From: a virus
Taxonomy: Duplodnaviria; Heunggongvirae; Uroviricota; Caudoviricetes
DNA length: 64,000 nt
Strand: one strand, 5' to 3'
Virus record (IMG/VR): IMGVR_UViG_3300029537_000168
This document shows, piece after piece, positions 37,484 through 47,240 of the stretch; position 1 is the stretch's first letter, and each line of letters opens with the position of its first letter. The notes below the pieces were generated by a model, which worked only from the letters and a program-made list of their open reading frames with translations, had not been told where the DNA came from and did not search any database. The position numbers were made by a program, and so were the translations under genes.

Positions 37484-37936
37484 TTAATTGAAACCTCCTC
37501 CTCCCTGGTCCTCTCCTTCCTCACCCGGCTCGGTTGTTCCTGGTGTGCTGTTTCCTTCTTCATACATCCTGTTGAGCGACATCTTGTCTATCTGTGCCTT
37601 GAAATCCTTACTCGGCTGGAACAGCACTCTTTTACGGATAATCTTTTCTTCTCCGCTTACCTCGGAACTCTTACAGGTAATGGCTGGCTTCAGGTATCCC
37701 ATGTTTCCCAGGCTTACACCATGACCTTCGAGCATCCAGGTACAAGCCGATTCCACCATGGTCTCTACCACGGCGCGGCAGGTTGCCTTACTGATTCCGG
37801 AACGGAGGGAAATCTGTTCGATTACTTTTTCAAAACTTACGGTTCCACCACGAACCGCTTCGGCCACATACTTTTCTGTGCCATCCTTGTCAAATCCAAA
37901 GGTCTTCTTTACGACCTTATAGTTCAAGCCTCCCAT
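37484..37936 (-). CDS. second HU-related DNA-binding protein
   Basis: GHGVSLGNMGYLKPAI, VLFQPSKDFK, GGGGFN tail. Confidence 0.85.
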   Translation of the reverse strand: MGGLNYKVVKKTFGFDKDGTEKYVAEAVRGGTVSFEKVIEQISLRSGISKATCRAVVETMVESACTWMLEGHGVSLGNMGYLKPAITCKSSEVSGEEKIIRKRVLFQPSKDFKAQIDKMSLNRMYEEGNSTPGTTEPGEEGEDQGGGGFN

Positions 37937-37997
37937 AGTTGTATTTGTATTTAAAAATTCGACGGATAGAAGCGCTTCGTGCGATTCCACCCGTCGA

Positions 37998-38037
37998 TAA
38001 ATCTAATTTTGCAACCCTCGTTTATGAAGGACTAAAA
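37998..38037 (-). promoter_or_regulatory. late-type promoter variant
   Basis: TTTTAGTCCTTCA-N19-TAGATTTA. Confidence 0.5.
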
Positions 38038-38038
38038 A

Positions 38039-38434
38039 TCATCCTTCTTTCGTGTCTCCTTTCTTCTGGTTATGTTCTTTGTTCAGGAAGTCTTCATAAA
38101 GCTTTTTCTCCGCTTCCTCCATGCGATGCTTCATCTCCTTCAATACGGTAGCTTGTACCAGCTGACGGTTTCTCTTTACCAACTCAGCCATTTCGTATTT
38201 TTCTTCTTTTACAAACTGTTCGATTAGCCTGTTCTGCACGTCGATGTAAACGGAGTCAATGGTGTGCGTGCTGTATTTTATGTAGTCGTCAATTTTGAGA
38301 ACGGCGTGCTCCAGGTTGTCTATTTTCTTCTCGTTTCGTGTCATCCATCGCGAGATTGCCCGGTAGATCAGGAATAGCGCGGTGGAGTTAATGCAAACAA
38401 AAACGATGCTGATTATTAAGTCTGCGGTATTCAT
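38039..38434 (-). CDS. membrane-anchored hypothetical protein
   Basis: N-terminal TM helix. Confidence 0.6.
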   Translation of the reverse strand: MNTADLIISIVFVCINSTALFLIYRAISRWMTRNEKKIDNLEHAVLKIDDYIKYSTHTIDSVYIDVQNRLIEQFVKEEKYEMAELVKRNRQLVQATVLKEMKHRMEEAEKKLYEDFLNKEHNQKKGDTKEG

Positions 38435-38436
38435 AA

Positions 38437-39045
38437 TTAAAATTTGTTGTTCCCGTGCATGCGTGGACGGGTGCGGTTATACTTCATTTTTTGTTCGATG
38501 TGCCAGAGGAGGTCGAATCCTTTGATTTTGGACATGATAAATACTTCTTGTAATATGTCTACAAAGAATTGAAGAGTGGTAATATGACACACATTATACG
38601 ATGCGATAAATCTTGTCAGATTGTAGCACCACTCTGTAAAAGTATCCTGGCTTTTATCTTTGTATGTCTCTTCCTTTATCTCAAGCGGGAATTTTACCCC
38701 TAAGAAACTAACTCCCAGCAAACCTGCCAGGTCAAGCATACGGATGCAGACATCAGAAAGTTCGTCTTCCACACTATCTTTTATATACGCTTCAAAATCT
38801 TCCTGAAATCTTCTTACTCGGGTTTCTTCGCTAAATGGGATATTATTCCCTTGCCATTCATTAAACTTTGCCACATCGGACCGTTTACCTTTTCTTTCGG
38901 CCTGCACAGCTTCCATCAGCTCGCTAATGACCAGACAAAGGAAATGCTCGGTACTTAAATTCTCGTCGTGCCAGCCGTGTTCTACGGCGTTCTGGTAGGC
39001 TTCATCTCTCAGTTTGTTCAGGTTTATCGATTCAATTGTTTCCAT
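38437..39045 (-). CDS. MazG-like NTP pyrophosphohydrolase
   Basis: LVISELMEAVQA, EDELSDVCIRMLDL, KMKYNRTR..HG. Confidence 0.8.
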   Translation of the reverse strand: METIESINLNKLRDEAYQNAVEHGWHDENLSTEHFLCLVISELMEAVQAERKGKRSDVAKFNEWQGNNIPFSEETRVRRFQEDFEAYIKDSVEDELSDVCIRMLDLAGLLGVSFLGVKFPLEIKEETYKDKSQDTFTEWCYNLTRFIASYNVCHITTLQFFVDILQEVFIMSKIKGFDLLWHIEQKMKYNRTRPRMHGNNKF

Positions 39046-39635
39046 CTATTACGTCTCCTTTCTTTAGTTTTCTTGCTTCTTTTTCATTTCTATAATACAG
39101 CGTGATAACACATGGCCGGCCATTCTTTTCGGCCACAGCCTGCACCTCGTATTTATTGGTACGTGCCCGGTAAAGTACGCTCACTATTCGCTTGATTGTG
39201 GTTGGCATAGGCTATTCTCTCCGTTAATTATTTTAATTGCTTCCTCTAAAGTAATTTTACCAAAAATGTAATCCATTCTTACTTCTTTTAATTTCTCCTC
39301 TAATGTCTTTTCATAGGTTATACATTTATTTTTTTCTATATCTGTTACCTCCCAGATATTTCTCTGGCTTTATGCAATAAGTAATTCTCCGATTCTAACC
39401 GTTGAAGTTCTGTTTCTTTATCGGAAAGGAACTTTTCTTCCACCATCCGGATGGCAGAAATCGCATCCTTCCAGGGTGACGTATACTGTATTGTCTTCGC
39501 GTCTGTGCAGCCGGCCTTGGTCATCCGTGAAATCTCCACTGGGGAGAAGGTAAAGATTTTCTCTCTCCCATCTTACCCGGCTTCTGCACCATACTTTCAT
39601 GCGTCCCTTTAAAAATCGTATTGCGTCCATAAACT

Positions 39636-39995
39636 TTACTTTTTATTTTTTTTCGACGTTAGCATTTGGCATGATTCTATCAGGTATTTGTCAATTTCAA
39701 ACCGGAGATAAAAAAACACAGTCCAACCCAAACGGTCTATATGCTCGGCGTATTTTACATCCTGGAATCCTTTTATCTTCAGGTATCTTTTGAATATCTT
39801 GAATCCAGCTGACATTTCCTTGTATTCTATATTATAGTCATCTGGCCTCCATGGTGCGCACTGACTGAGTAACATCTCTCTAGCTTCTTTGGGACATTTC
39901 TTTATCTCTCTTATGGTTCCTTCCAGCAGTCGTTTTGCCACGATGTTGGTCTTTTTAATGCGAATAGATTTGAAATCTTCTGGTATGAATATCAT
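39636..39995 (-). CDS. hypothetical protein
   Basis: 119-aa ORF in operon. Confidence 0.55.
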   Translation of the reverse strand: MIFIPEDFKSIRIKKTNIVAKRLLEGTIREIKKCPKEAREMLLSQCAPWRPDDYNIEYKEMSAGFKIFKRYLKIKGFQDVKYAEHIDRLGWTVFFYLRFEIDKYLIESCQMLTSKKNKK

Positions 39996-40417
39996 GGCTC
40001 TTCCTCCTTTTTGCTGAAATGTTCAATTAGTTCCTGGACGGTGGCTTTGTGTGTGTTGAGATAAAGACTGTCGTAAAAAAACATATCCTCAATTTTATCT
40101 TCATTGCAGATAAGCCATTCATATACACGAAATCTTTCTATTACAGCGTCCATGCTATCATATATAAACCATTGTCCTTTATCTGTATCGTCACGTAATG
40201 ATGCTATTGCCAGAAACAGGTCTTCGTTAGTACCGCAGTCAATGTCGTTCGGATGAAGATGCTGAAATCCATCTTGTACGGAAATATACATTCCGTAATT
40301 AGCCGCCAACCATTCTCCCTTAAAATCGTCAAGAGTATTGGCTCTTTGCCCCAGTTCCTGAAGCTTTTTCCGCAGTTCCGGTGTATTCTTCCTAATAAAA
40401 CAAGGTTGTGTAAACAT
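39992..40417 (-). CDS. hypothetical protein
   Basis: FIRKNTPELRKKL..IDCGTNEDLFLAIA..HKATVQELIEHF. Confidence 0.65.
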   Translation of the reverse strand: MFTQPCFIRKNTPELRKKLQELGQRANTLDDFKGEWLAANYGMYISVQDGFQHLHPNDIDCGTNEDLFLAIASLRDDTDKGQWFIYDSMDAVIERFRVYEWLICNEDKIEDMFFYDSLYLNTHKATVQELIEHFSKKEEEP

Positions 40418-40427
40418 AGTCTGATTC

Positions 40428-40835
40428 TTATAAGTAGTTTAATGACTCTTTTATTCCGTCGTTCAAAGCTTTCTCGAATGTGTCGGCATATCCGTCCATC
40501 TGCGATATGAGAGACAAATCCTCTGTGTCGTACAGGCGGTAGTACCATCTGTGTTTGTTGAGCTCGACAACGATGTGGATCTTTCCTTTTGTGCGTACCC
40601 ATTTTTGCGCAGCGTATAGCGTTGGAGCCAGGTATTCGTACTGGGACCCGTTTTCACCCCTTATCAGGTCGCCAAACTTTCTTGAGGTAAATAACAATAC
40701 AACCAGTTTTGATATACCAGTTTCAGCCGATATGTAAACGGCCCGGCAGTTTTCTCTATATCCTTTGTCCTGAAGAAGTTTGGATACTTCAAAAGTGACA
40801 AAATCTTCATTTATCATATTATGTTCCGCTGACAT
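40428..40835 (-). CDS. hypothetical protein, paralog of 43599-44003
   Basis: EDFVTFEVSKLL..APTLYAAQKWVR. Confidence 0.65.
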   Translation of the reverse strand: MSAEHNMINEDFVTFEVSKLLQDKGYRENCRAVYISAETGISKLVVLLFTSRKFGDLIRGENGSQYEYLAPTLYAAQKWVRTKGKIHIVVELNKHRWYYRLYDTEDLSLISQMDGYADTFEKALNDGIKESLNYL

Positions 40836-40839
40836 GGTG

Positions 40840-41175
40840 CTATGCTTTTAATGGTTTTAAAAAGTTTCTTGTAAAGCCTAAATCCAGTCCTCTATCGTGG
40901 TAGAATTTCAATACTGCATCGTGGCTGTGCCGTGTATAGAAACCTATATTGACGAGGATATTGAATATCTCCAAAGCCGTATATTTCCGGTAATCTTCAA
41001 TGGTAAAGTAAGTATTTGGAGAGTATTTGGAACCACCGGAAAACTTAAAGTGAAGGCTACCTTCATGCTCCTGTACCTGAACTACAGGCCAACGGTAACT
41101 GTCCTTAAATTTAGGAATATCCTTCCATTTAAGTTTTGACTTCCGGCTTTCGTGGATTCTAATTTTATTTTCCAA
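40840..41175 (-). CDS. hypothetical protein
   Basis: 111-aa ORF. Confidence 0.55.
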   Translation of the reverse strand: MENKIRIHESRKSKLKWKDIPKFKDSYRWPVVQVQEHEGSLHFKFSGGSKYSPNTYFTIEDYRKYTALEIFNILVNIGFYTRHSHDAVLKFYHDRGLDLGFTRNFLKPLKA

Positions 41176-41431
41176 GACAAGTTATATTAAAATTGTTACC
41201 ATTTGAACAATAACTGCACATTGATGTGAACGGAGAATAAACCCTTCCGCACTTTGGACATATCCAACCTTGCTGTCCAAATATCCCCGAATTTAATTTT
41301 GTTGAATTTTCCTTTTCCTCCCTTGCCATTTCTATAGCTTTTAAGGCAGTTTCTTCCGATACAATGTAACAAAGTTGTCCTCCAGGATAATCTTCACGTC
41401 TTTTTGATTTTATGTATTCTTCCGGTGTCAT
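41165..41431 (-). CDS. zinc-ribbon protein
   Basis: GWICPKCGRVYSP..CSYC. Confidence 0.65.
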   Translation of the reverse strand: MTPEEYIKSKRREDYPGGQLCYIVSEETALKAIEMAREEKENSTKLNSGIFGQQGWICPKCGRVYSPFTSMCSYCSNGNNFNITCLGK

Positions 41432-41433
41432 AA

Positions 41434-41910
41434 TTATTGTATGTTAAGTAAAACCCATATTAAGCAGACAAACATAATGAAGGCGACAATCCCTGCACAA
41501 ATGGCCGGGGTTAGCATTCTCTTCCACAATATATCTGCCTTGTGGCATCGTTCGTTGATATAATTGATTTTTGAAATGTGCTCACCAAACTGAAGTTCCA
41601 TCATGTGACGTGCCCAACCGGTAAGCATCTTATCAAATCTTTGTCTGGCTTCTTCTTTGATAGTGAACTTACCTGAAGGGTTTAGCAGGTATGAATCTGT
41701 CCTGAACTCAAACTCTTCTGAATCCAGAATATCACGTCCACCGCTACTTCGTATCTCCATGGAGACTTTAAGCCATGGAATTGCTTTTGTTTCCCACATT
41801 TCGAGGGCACGTTTCTCTATCTCTTCTGCGTTGGCGTTGGCCAGCTCTTTCATCTTTTCGTACTCGTCTTTCGGTACGAATACGACTGCTTTCTTATCGT
41901 CGATATACAT
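41434..41910 (-). CDS. hypothetical protein with C-terminal TM
   Basis: MYIDDKK start; hydrophobic C-terminus. Confidence 0.6.
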   Translation of the reverse strand: MYIDDKKAVVFVPKDEYEKMKELANANAEEIEKRALEMWETKAIPWLKVSMEIRSSGGRDILDSEEFEFRTDSYLLNPSGKFTIKEEARQRFDKMLTGWARHMMELQFGEHISKINYINERCHKADILWKRMLTPAICAGIVAFIMFVCLIWVLLNIQ

Positions 41911-41912
41911 GG

Positions 41913-42116
41913 TTATAAATCTTTTTTTAATACATCGTTTATTGCTCGGAATAGGTCTGTCCATAATGTAATTGGCAACTCGCTAGTCTGTAGCTTGCTG
42001 ACAAATACCTTACCATCCCTTAGAGTGAAATCTCCTTCAAAGTGAAGATGAACAGTTTTCTCTTTTTTCTCTGGCGAAGGAGTATTCTCTTTTACATCAG
42101 GTAATGCTTTCTTCAT
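41913..42116 (-). CDS. hypothetical protein
   Basis: 67-aa ORF. Confidence 0.5.
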   Translation of the reverse strand: MKKALPDVKENTPSPEKKEKTVHLHFEGDFTLRDGKVFVSKLQTSELPITLWTDLFRAINDVLKKDL

Positions 42117-42128
42117 AGTCGTATGTTT

Positions 42129-42449
42129 TTAGAATCCAATTTTACGTCCCCATCCAACCGTGAATTTATAAATAGGGTTGTCCATGCTAAAATACTCGGT
42201 TCCAGTAAACAACCATTTGATAGGTTGGATAACAAGTCTGACAAAAACAGCCCATATTATGTAGAATAATATTGTCATTCTGTATAATATGTTTGATTTG
42301 CTCTTCTTCCTATCCCTTGGAGCATACAGAAATGTTCTCCCGCGATTAACAAGTATTCTATACTGGTCTTCCGTCAATTCAACTCCAAGCTGTGATAATT
42401 GCTTTTTTAACTGATGTGGGTATAATTCATCAAGATATTCTGTTTTCAT
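42129..42449 (-). CDS. membrane hypothetical protein
   Basis: ILFYIIWAVFVRLVIQP. Confidence 0.55.
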   Translation of the reverse strand: MKTEYLDELYPHQLKKQLSQLGVELTEDQYRILVNRGRTFLYAPRDRKKSKSNILYRMTILFYIIWAVFVRLVIQPIKWLFTGTEYFSMDNPIYKFTVGWGRKIGF

Positions 42450-42466
42450 GAGTCCCTAGTTTTAGA

Positions 42467-43096
42467 TTATTCTTTACTTTCCTGACTTTCTTCAATCATA
42501 CGTTCCACTTCCTGAATGTCGCAGGTGAATTTGTTATAAAAACCATCATACTGGGAACATTCTTCGTCGACATACTCTATCCATGCCGTTTTGGTCTCAA
42601 GGTTGATAATTATCATCGGCCTTTTGCAGGAATCATCTTTCCCTAGCACTCTGTTTTTCAGCTGCTGAATGTCGAAGTCGCAAAATATACGATGTAACTC
42701 CCCGTTATAATAATCGAATATCGGACCGGTGTAGATAATGTTTTTCGTTTTCATACCTGGGTATTTAAGTTCAACCATTGGTTTATGGTATAATATCGGC
42801 CGTTTTATTTCGCTCCATGCGATTGGCCTTACATTGTAGGCCCATGTGCCGTCTGACATGATGAAGGAATTGGTGTATCTTCCGCCTTCCAGCATGACGT
42901 TCACGCATTGTCCTTTCGGAGGGAGTGAAGCTTGTACGCTTTTCCATTGTGAAAAAACCGACGCATCCCACGCTTGCCACATTGCTTCGGTTATATCGCC
43001 GATGTAGAAATGTACATTTTCATTGCTGCCTGAGTCCTTATTACGGTCGTTAAACAGCTGCGTGGCGTATCGGTGTATATATTCTTCCTTATCCAT
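42467..43096 (-). CDS. hypothetical protein (DUF551-like segment)
   Basis: QWKSVQASLP..IAWSEI. Confidence 0.55.
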   Translation of the reverse strand: MDKEEYIHRYATQLFNDRNKDSGSNENVHFYIGDITEAMWQAWDASVFSQWKSVQASLPPKGQCVNVMLEGGRYTNSFIMSDGTWAYNVRPIAWSEIKRPILYHKPMVELKYPGMKTKNIIYTGPIFDYYNGELHRIFCDFDIQQLKNRVLGKDDSCKRPMIIINLETKTAWIEYVDEECSQYDGFYNKFTCDIQEVERMIEESQESKE

Positions 43097-43382
43097 GGTT
43101 TACTTCATTTAGTTTTGGTTTCGGGAACCACTGGTCACATTCATAATCTCCGTAGTCTTCAAAATGAAAATCGGGAGAAGTTGCTACTTTATATTTCCCG
43201 TCTTCCTGGTAGATATATCCGCTTACGAATGCTCCGTTTGACACCATACGGCAGATAACCTCCTCGTTCGGGTCGGGTTGACGTTCTTTTACGTTTGTCA
43301 GAAGGCCGACCATCAATGCGTCAAAGGCATCCTGCATATCAACGTGCTCTCTTTGTTTTTCTTCTTTCTCCATTTCTTTCAT
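43089..43382 (-). CDS. hypothetical protein
   Basis: VKERQPD..QWFPKP. Confidence 0.55.
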   Translation of the reverse strand: MKEMEKEEKQREHVDMQDAFDALMVGLLTNVKERQPDPNEEVICRMVSNGAFVSGYIYQEDGKYKVATSPDFHFEDYGDYECDQWFPKPKLNEVNHG

Positions 43383-43606
43383 GCTTTTTTCTTCTTTGTT
43401 TTGAGTTTTGTGTACTCGGTCATTTCTTTGTCGAAGACAGACAGAAGTTCGGGCTTCTTTTCTTCCGGAATGTAGCCAGTATCAATCAGCTGCTGAATCA
43501 GTCTATCTGTTACCTCTCTGCTCTTACTGACAGTCTTTTGCAGGCTTGACAGCGCCACTACCGACGAGGACGGGTGCATCTGGTCTGCTCTGTATAGCTT
43601 AATCAT
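43379..43606 (-). CDS. hypothetical protein
   Basis: 75 aa, overlaps neighbours. Confidence 0.5.
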   Translation of the reverse strand: MIKLYRADQMHPSSSVVALSSLQKTVSKSREVTDRLIQQLIDTGYIPEEKKPELLSVFDKEMTEYTKLKTKKKKA

Positions 43607-44003
43607 GTTGATTCCATATTCGTCTGTTTTTAATCAGTTCACATGACTCACGGATTCCTTCATTCAGCACTTTTTCATAACTTTGATATACCTTAGTTTC
43701 TCTGTATTCCTTTGAATTTAAAGAGTGAATATCACAGATAAAATCAGATTTTCTTGTAGGAGCGTGGAAACAAATAATCTTTATGTCTAAATGAATATCA
43801 TAATTTTCACGTAACCATCTCTGAGCTTCATATAAAGTTGGTCTGGAACAACAACAATCAACCGATTCATTGAAGTTTTCGGGTTCCTGGCATACCCATG
43901 CTGTCCCTGTCTTAGTATATTGGGAATGCACAGGTTCATTAAACCCTATTTCTTTCAAAAGCAATCCTACATCGTGTGTTACATAATCTTCCGGTCTAAA
44001 CAT
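43599..44003 (-). CDS. hypothetical protein, paralog of 40428-40835
   Basis: EDYVTHDVGLLL..RPTLYEAQRWLR. Confidence 0.65.
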   Translation of the reverse strand: MFRPEDYVTHDVGLLLKEIGFNEPVHSQYTKTGTAWVCQEPENFNESVDCCCSRPTLYEAQRWLRENYDIHLDIKIICFHAPTRKSDFICDIHSLNSKEYRETKVYQSYEKVLNEGIRESCELIKNRRIWNQHD

Positions 44004-44011
44004 GGCTATTT

Positions 44012-44617
44012 TTATTTATAAGGGTTATTATCCAATACTAAAGCAGAAACGGCCAGCCCTTGTGCGATCAGGTTACAGTAGTCGATGTGACACTGATGCA
44101 GCACGTGAAAGACTTGCTGGAAATGACGAAGGCCCAATTGAGTGCTGTTATGCTTCCCTTCTTCCGGTGTAATAAAGAAGCTCTGCAAACTCATTTCGCA
44201 CACCTTACATCCCCAGGCGAAGAACTCCACGCATTCTCTTTCTTCGTCGAAATTCCAGGTGGTATAAAGGCCCATATACCCGTCGAAATCGAATGCTTCT
44301 GCAAGATACTTCATCGGGCATATTCCCGAGCCGTTCACAAAAATTTCTTCTGTGATTGAAGACAGCGGATAGAGTATCGGTTTTATATCTTCTAATTTAA
44401 ACCCTTTTCCGATACATCTTTCACCTTTTAATGTTTCGGCATTCAGGCCAATTTCGTTACCATTCTTGTCTTTTTTCTTATAAGCCCATACCTTATATCT
44501 GTCGGCTAAGTTTATAACGTCCATTTCAATCATTCCTTGTTTAGTGATAAACGCCAAGCCAAACGGTAATCTGGCTGAAATATCTTCCAGTAACAGTAGT
44601 TTTTCTTCTTCTTTCAT
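44012..44617 (-). CDS. hypothetical protein
   Basis: LLLEDISARLPFG..IKPILYPLSS..HIDYCNLI. Confidence 0.65.
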   Translation of the reverse strand: MKEEEKLLLLEDISARLPFGLAFITKQGMIEMDVINLADRYKVWAYKKKDKNGNEIGLNAETLKGERCIGKGFKLEDIKPILYPLSSITEEIFVNGSGICPMKYLAEAFDFDGYMGLYTTWNFDEERECVEFFAWGCKVCEMSLQSFFITPEEGKHNSTQLGLRHFQQVFHVLHQCHIDYCNLIAQGLAVSALVLDNNPYK

Positions 44618-44621
44618 GATG

Positions 44622-45200
44622 TTATTCTTTATTTTTACAAAACTCTTCAAATTCAGATAAAGCATTTTTTATGGAATCAGCTAATAATCTCGAATACGAG
44701 TCTCCACATTTTGCGGAAGAAGGAATGGTCGTTTTCATCCAAATCCGGTCGCATGTTTTTTGATCATCCATGAAAAATGTAATTGTATGCGTTTCGTAGT
44801 TATCCATATTTATTTGGATCTCTACTGCCTTACCATGTATTTTCTTTGCTGCATAAAGTACCATCTGATTAGGAATCGTACTTTCAAGCACTCTATTGAC
44901 AATCCCGACGTATTCTAATGGACGTATGTACTGTTCCAAAAATTCGTTTTCTCTTTCACTTCTAAGATTCGACAAGTAATCTTTATTCTGGAACTTATTA
45001 CATATATTTAGTCTTCTTACCGATTCGCCAGAAAGCCTACAATAAAAGGTAGTACATACTATTCCTTTCTTGTCTAAATTGAGGTTCCAAGCAAAGTGTC
45101 TACAAGTAACACAAGCTTGAATTGTCCCCCATTCTGATTCGGATGCTCTTATTTGGTCCGACATCTCACGCAGTTTTTTCTTTACTTCTTCTGAAATCAT
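44622..45200 (-). CDS. hypothetical protein with Cys cluster
   Basis: CVTCRH..C..C. Confidence 0.6.
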   Translation of the reverse strand: MISEEVKKKLREMSDQIRASESEWGTIQACVTCRHFAWNLNLDKKGIVCTTFYCRLSGESVRRLNICNKFQNKDYLSNLRSERENEFLEQYIRPLEYVGIVNRVLESTIPNQMVLYAAKKIHGKAVEIQINMDNYETHTITFFMDDQKTCDRIWMKTTIPSSAKCGDSYSRLLADSIKNALSEFEEFCKNKE

Positions 45201-45493
45201 TGTCCTTCTAATTTAGTGATAACATAATCGGCTTTATTCCATCCTGTATAAAAGGAGACAGCCGCAATCCTGGCTTTTAAAACCTTTTCCGGGAACTCTT
45301 CATTTAACAGCTTCCCTTTCCGGTAGTGTGCAACGAGTGAAGTCGCATCTACGACGAAGGGACCGCTAATAGCCGGGTACTTTTTCAGGGTTTCTTCGAT
45401 GAACTCTTCGACAGTGTATTGCCTGTCAAAATCCACATATCCTCCAACATAGGGAGAAGCATGAGTGGGGAAGACTCTAATTAGTTCAAACAT
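45197..45493 (-). CDS. hypothetical protein
   Basis: 98-aa ORF. Confidence 0.55.
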   Translation of the reverse strand: MFELIRVFPTHASPYVGGYVDFDRQYTVEEFIEETLKKYPAISGPFVVDATSLVAHYRKGKLLNEEFPEKVLKARIAAVSFYTGWNKADYVITKLEGQ

Positions 45494-45518
45494 AGGCTAT
45501 GTACTTCGATTTATGGTT

Positions 45519-45743
45519 TTATTCAACTATCAAGTGATTATGAATTTCCATAATTTTCAGAATCCGAACTTCACATCTCATAATCCCTAAATCTTTTGCG
45601 ATGGCTCCTTTTGCAGCCTGATGAAGGGTTGAATGATCGGTATGCTCTTCTTCTGTACGGACCGGAAGAAGGTATTCTTCACGGAATCTAACCGGTGGTG
45701 TCCCGGCTTCAAAAACCACAGAAAAGTTCTTTTTTATTAGCAT
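45519..45743 (-). CDS. hypothetical protein
   Basis: 74-aa ORF. Confidence 0.5.
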   Translation of the reverse strand: MLIKKNFSVVFEAGTPPVRFREEYLLPVRTEEEHTDHSTLHQAAKGAIAKDLGIMRCEVRILKIMEIHNHLIVE

Positions 45744-45759
45744 TTGTCATTCTCCAATT

Positions 45760-46233
45760 TTATTTTCCATGCAGTTCCGAAAAGCTTTTCCATCCAAGCT
45801 CCGTAAATTTTGTAGAATATACTTCTCCACGAGGCATTATCGGATTCCAGTTTACATCACAGAATAGCCGGTAGTGGAATACTCCAGCTTGCTTCCCCTC
45901 TTCTGAATATGGAGGCTCACACCACAGCATACGCTTATTATATCCGAATATCCTGTCAAGAATATATTCCGCTTTCTTCCTGTTCCATCCCCCAGGAAAT
46001 GAAATTGACAGGTGGTAACATCTTTCGTAATCCGGATTTTTCCACCATCCGCAGGTATGGGCTCCTTCATCACGTGTAAATATGATTATACAATCGTATC
46101 GTTCCAAAAACCATCGGCACTTATCAAGGTAATCCATTGTGGCCGAAGTGCCTCCAAAAATTCCATTCTTAGCCGTTTTTACAATACGCTGGAATGTTTC
46201 TGTATCGCTTGCGTTATAAAGTATTCGTCTCAT
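45760..46233 (-). CDS. hypothetical protein
   Basis: 157 aa, HTCGWWKNPDYERCYHLSISF. Confidence 0.65.
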   Translation of the reverse strand: MRRILYNASDTETFQRIVKTAKNGIFGGTSATMDYLDKCRWFLERYDCIIIFTRDEGAHTCGWWKNPDYERCYHLSISFPGGWNRKKAEYILDRIFGYNKRMLWCEPPYSEEGKQAGVFHYRLFCDVNWNPIMPRGEVYSTKFTELGWKSFSELHGK

Positions 46234-46580
46234 TTCACTTTATTCAATTTCTTCATCTCCTTCACTATTTTCAAAGCTTCTCCCAGTGTCTTACCAGATT
46301 GTACCAGCTCAAAGGTTTTCTTCCTTCCTAATGCCTTGTAGACTGGAATCCACTCATTCTGTACCAGGTCGGCCGGTTCTCCGGGTGGAATGGCCATACC
46401 TCCTTTTACGTAGTGTGGGCTGTCAGGGTCGCTTAACTCAAGTAGCTTAATTCCATCCTTGTTTACGATGAAGTATTCTTTCCTCCTGAATACAATTCCA
46501 CCATAATATCGGGCAATAGAAAGTGTACTATTTGCCCAATATGCTTCTTCCATGATTATAGGAACTTCCATTATTGCCAC
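46230..46580 (-). CDS. hypothetical protein
   Basis: EEAYWANSTLSIARYYGG..IPPGEPADL. Confidence 0.6.
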   Translation of the reverse strand: MAIMEVPIIMEEAYWANSTLSIARYYGGIVFRRKEYFIVNKDGIKLLELSDPDSPHYVKGGMAIPPGEPADLVQNEWIPVYKALGRKKTFELVQSGKTLGEALKIVKEMKKLNKVK

Positions 46581-46918
46581 TCCTCCTTTCCTAACCTCTT
46601 ACTCTCCTCTTTCAAAGCCTGAAGCTTCGCAAAAAGTCCGTTTGTTTTAGTTTTCTTTTCTTTGGAAGTAATTTTCTTGTAGGCCATACCGATGGCAATC
46701 ATTGAAATACCTGTTTTTATCTGCTGGATGTCGCCATCCATGGTTTCTAAATCTTGAAGCGTATCTTCATTGATAACCACATTGTCGAGCTCATTCATAG
46801 CTTCTTCAGCGTCCTTCATACTGATTCCTGAAACAAGCATCACGGCTTTGATAAATTCTTTTTCCACTTCAAAAGTGATACTCACTTTTTCATTCTGATT
46901 GTTTTCCATATATCCCAC
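46571..46918 (-). CDS. hypothetical protein
   Basis: 115-aa ORF. Confidence 0.55.
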   Translation of the reverse strand: MGYMENNQNEKVSITFEVEKEFIKAVMLVSGISMKDAEEAMNELDNVVINEDTLQDLETMDGDIQQIKTGISMIAIGMAYKKITSKEKKTKTNGLFAKLQALKEESKRLGKEEWQ

Positions 46919-46922
46919 TATT

Positions 46923-47219
46923 TTAAAGTCCTATACCCAGCATAATCGGAACAGAAGTGTCCACAAACAAATGTCCTACAAACGAACCGTTGAAAAGTAT
47001 AAAGGTGCCTATATACAACATAAAAGGGTCGAGATTTAATTCTTCACCGGTTACAACCATACGGAACTTTACTCCCCGTTTTGGTCTCGATTCATCCTCC
47101 AGTGCCCAGATATATGCTTTCTCGTTTACCACATCAAGTTTCAGCAGCTTGCTTCCCTCATAAAGCGGAAGCTTGAACTCTGACGCTGCCGGGATTTCAT
47201 GTTTTAAAATTCTTGCCAT
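46923..47219 (-). CDS. hypothetical protein
   Basis: IWAL..VVTGE..YIGTF..FVGHLF. Confidence 0.6.
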   Translation of the reverse strand: MARILKHEIPAASEFKLPLYEGSKLLKLDVVNEKAYIWALEDESRPKRGVKFRMVVTGEELNLDPFMLYIGTFILFNGSFVGHLFVDTSVPIMLGIGL

Positions 47220-47240
47220 ATTCTTTTCTTTTTAAGGTTA

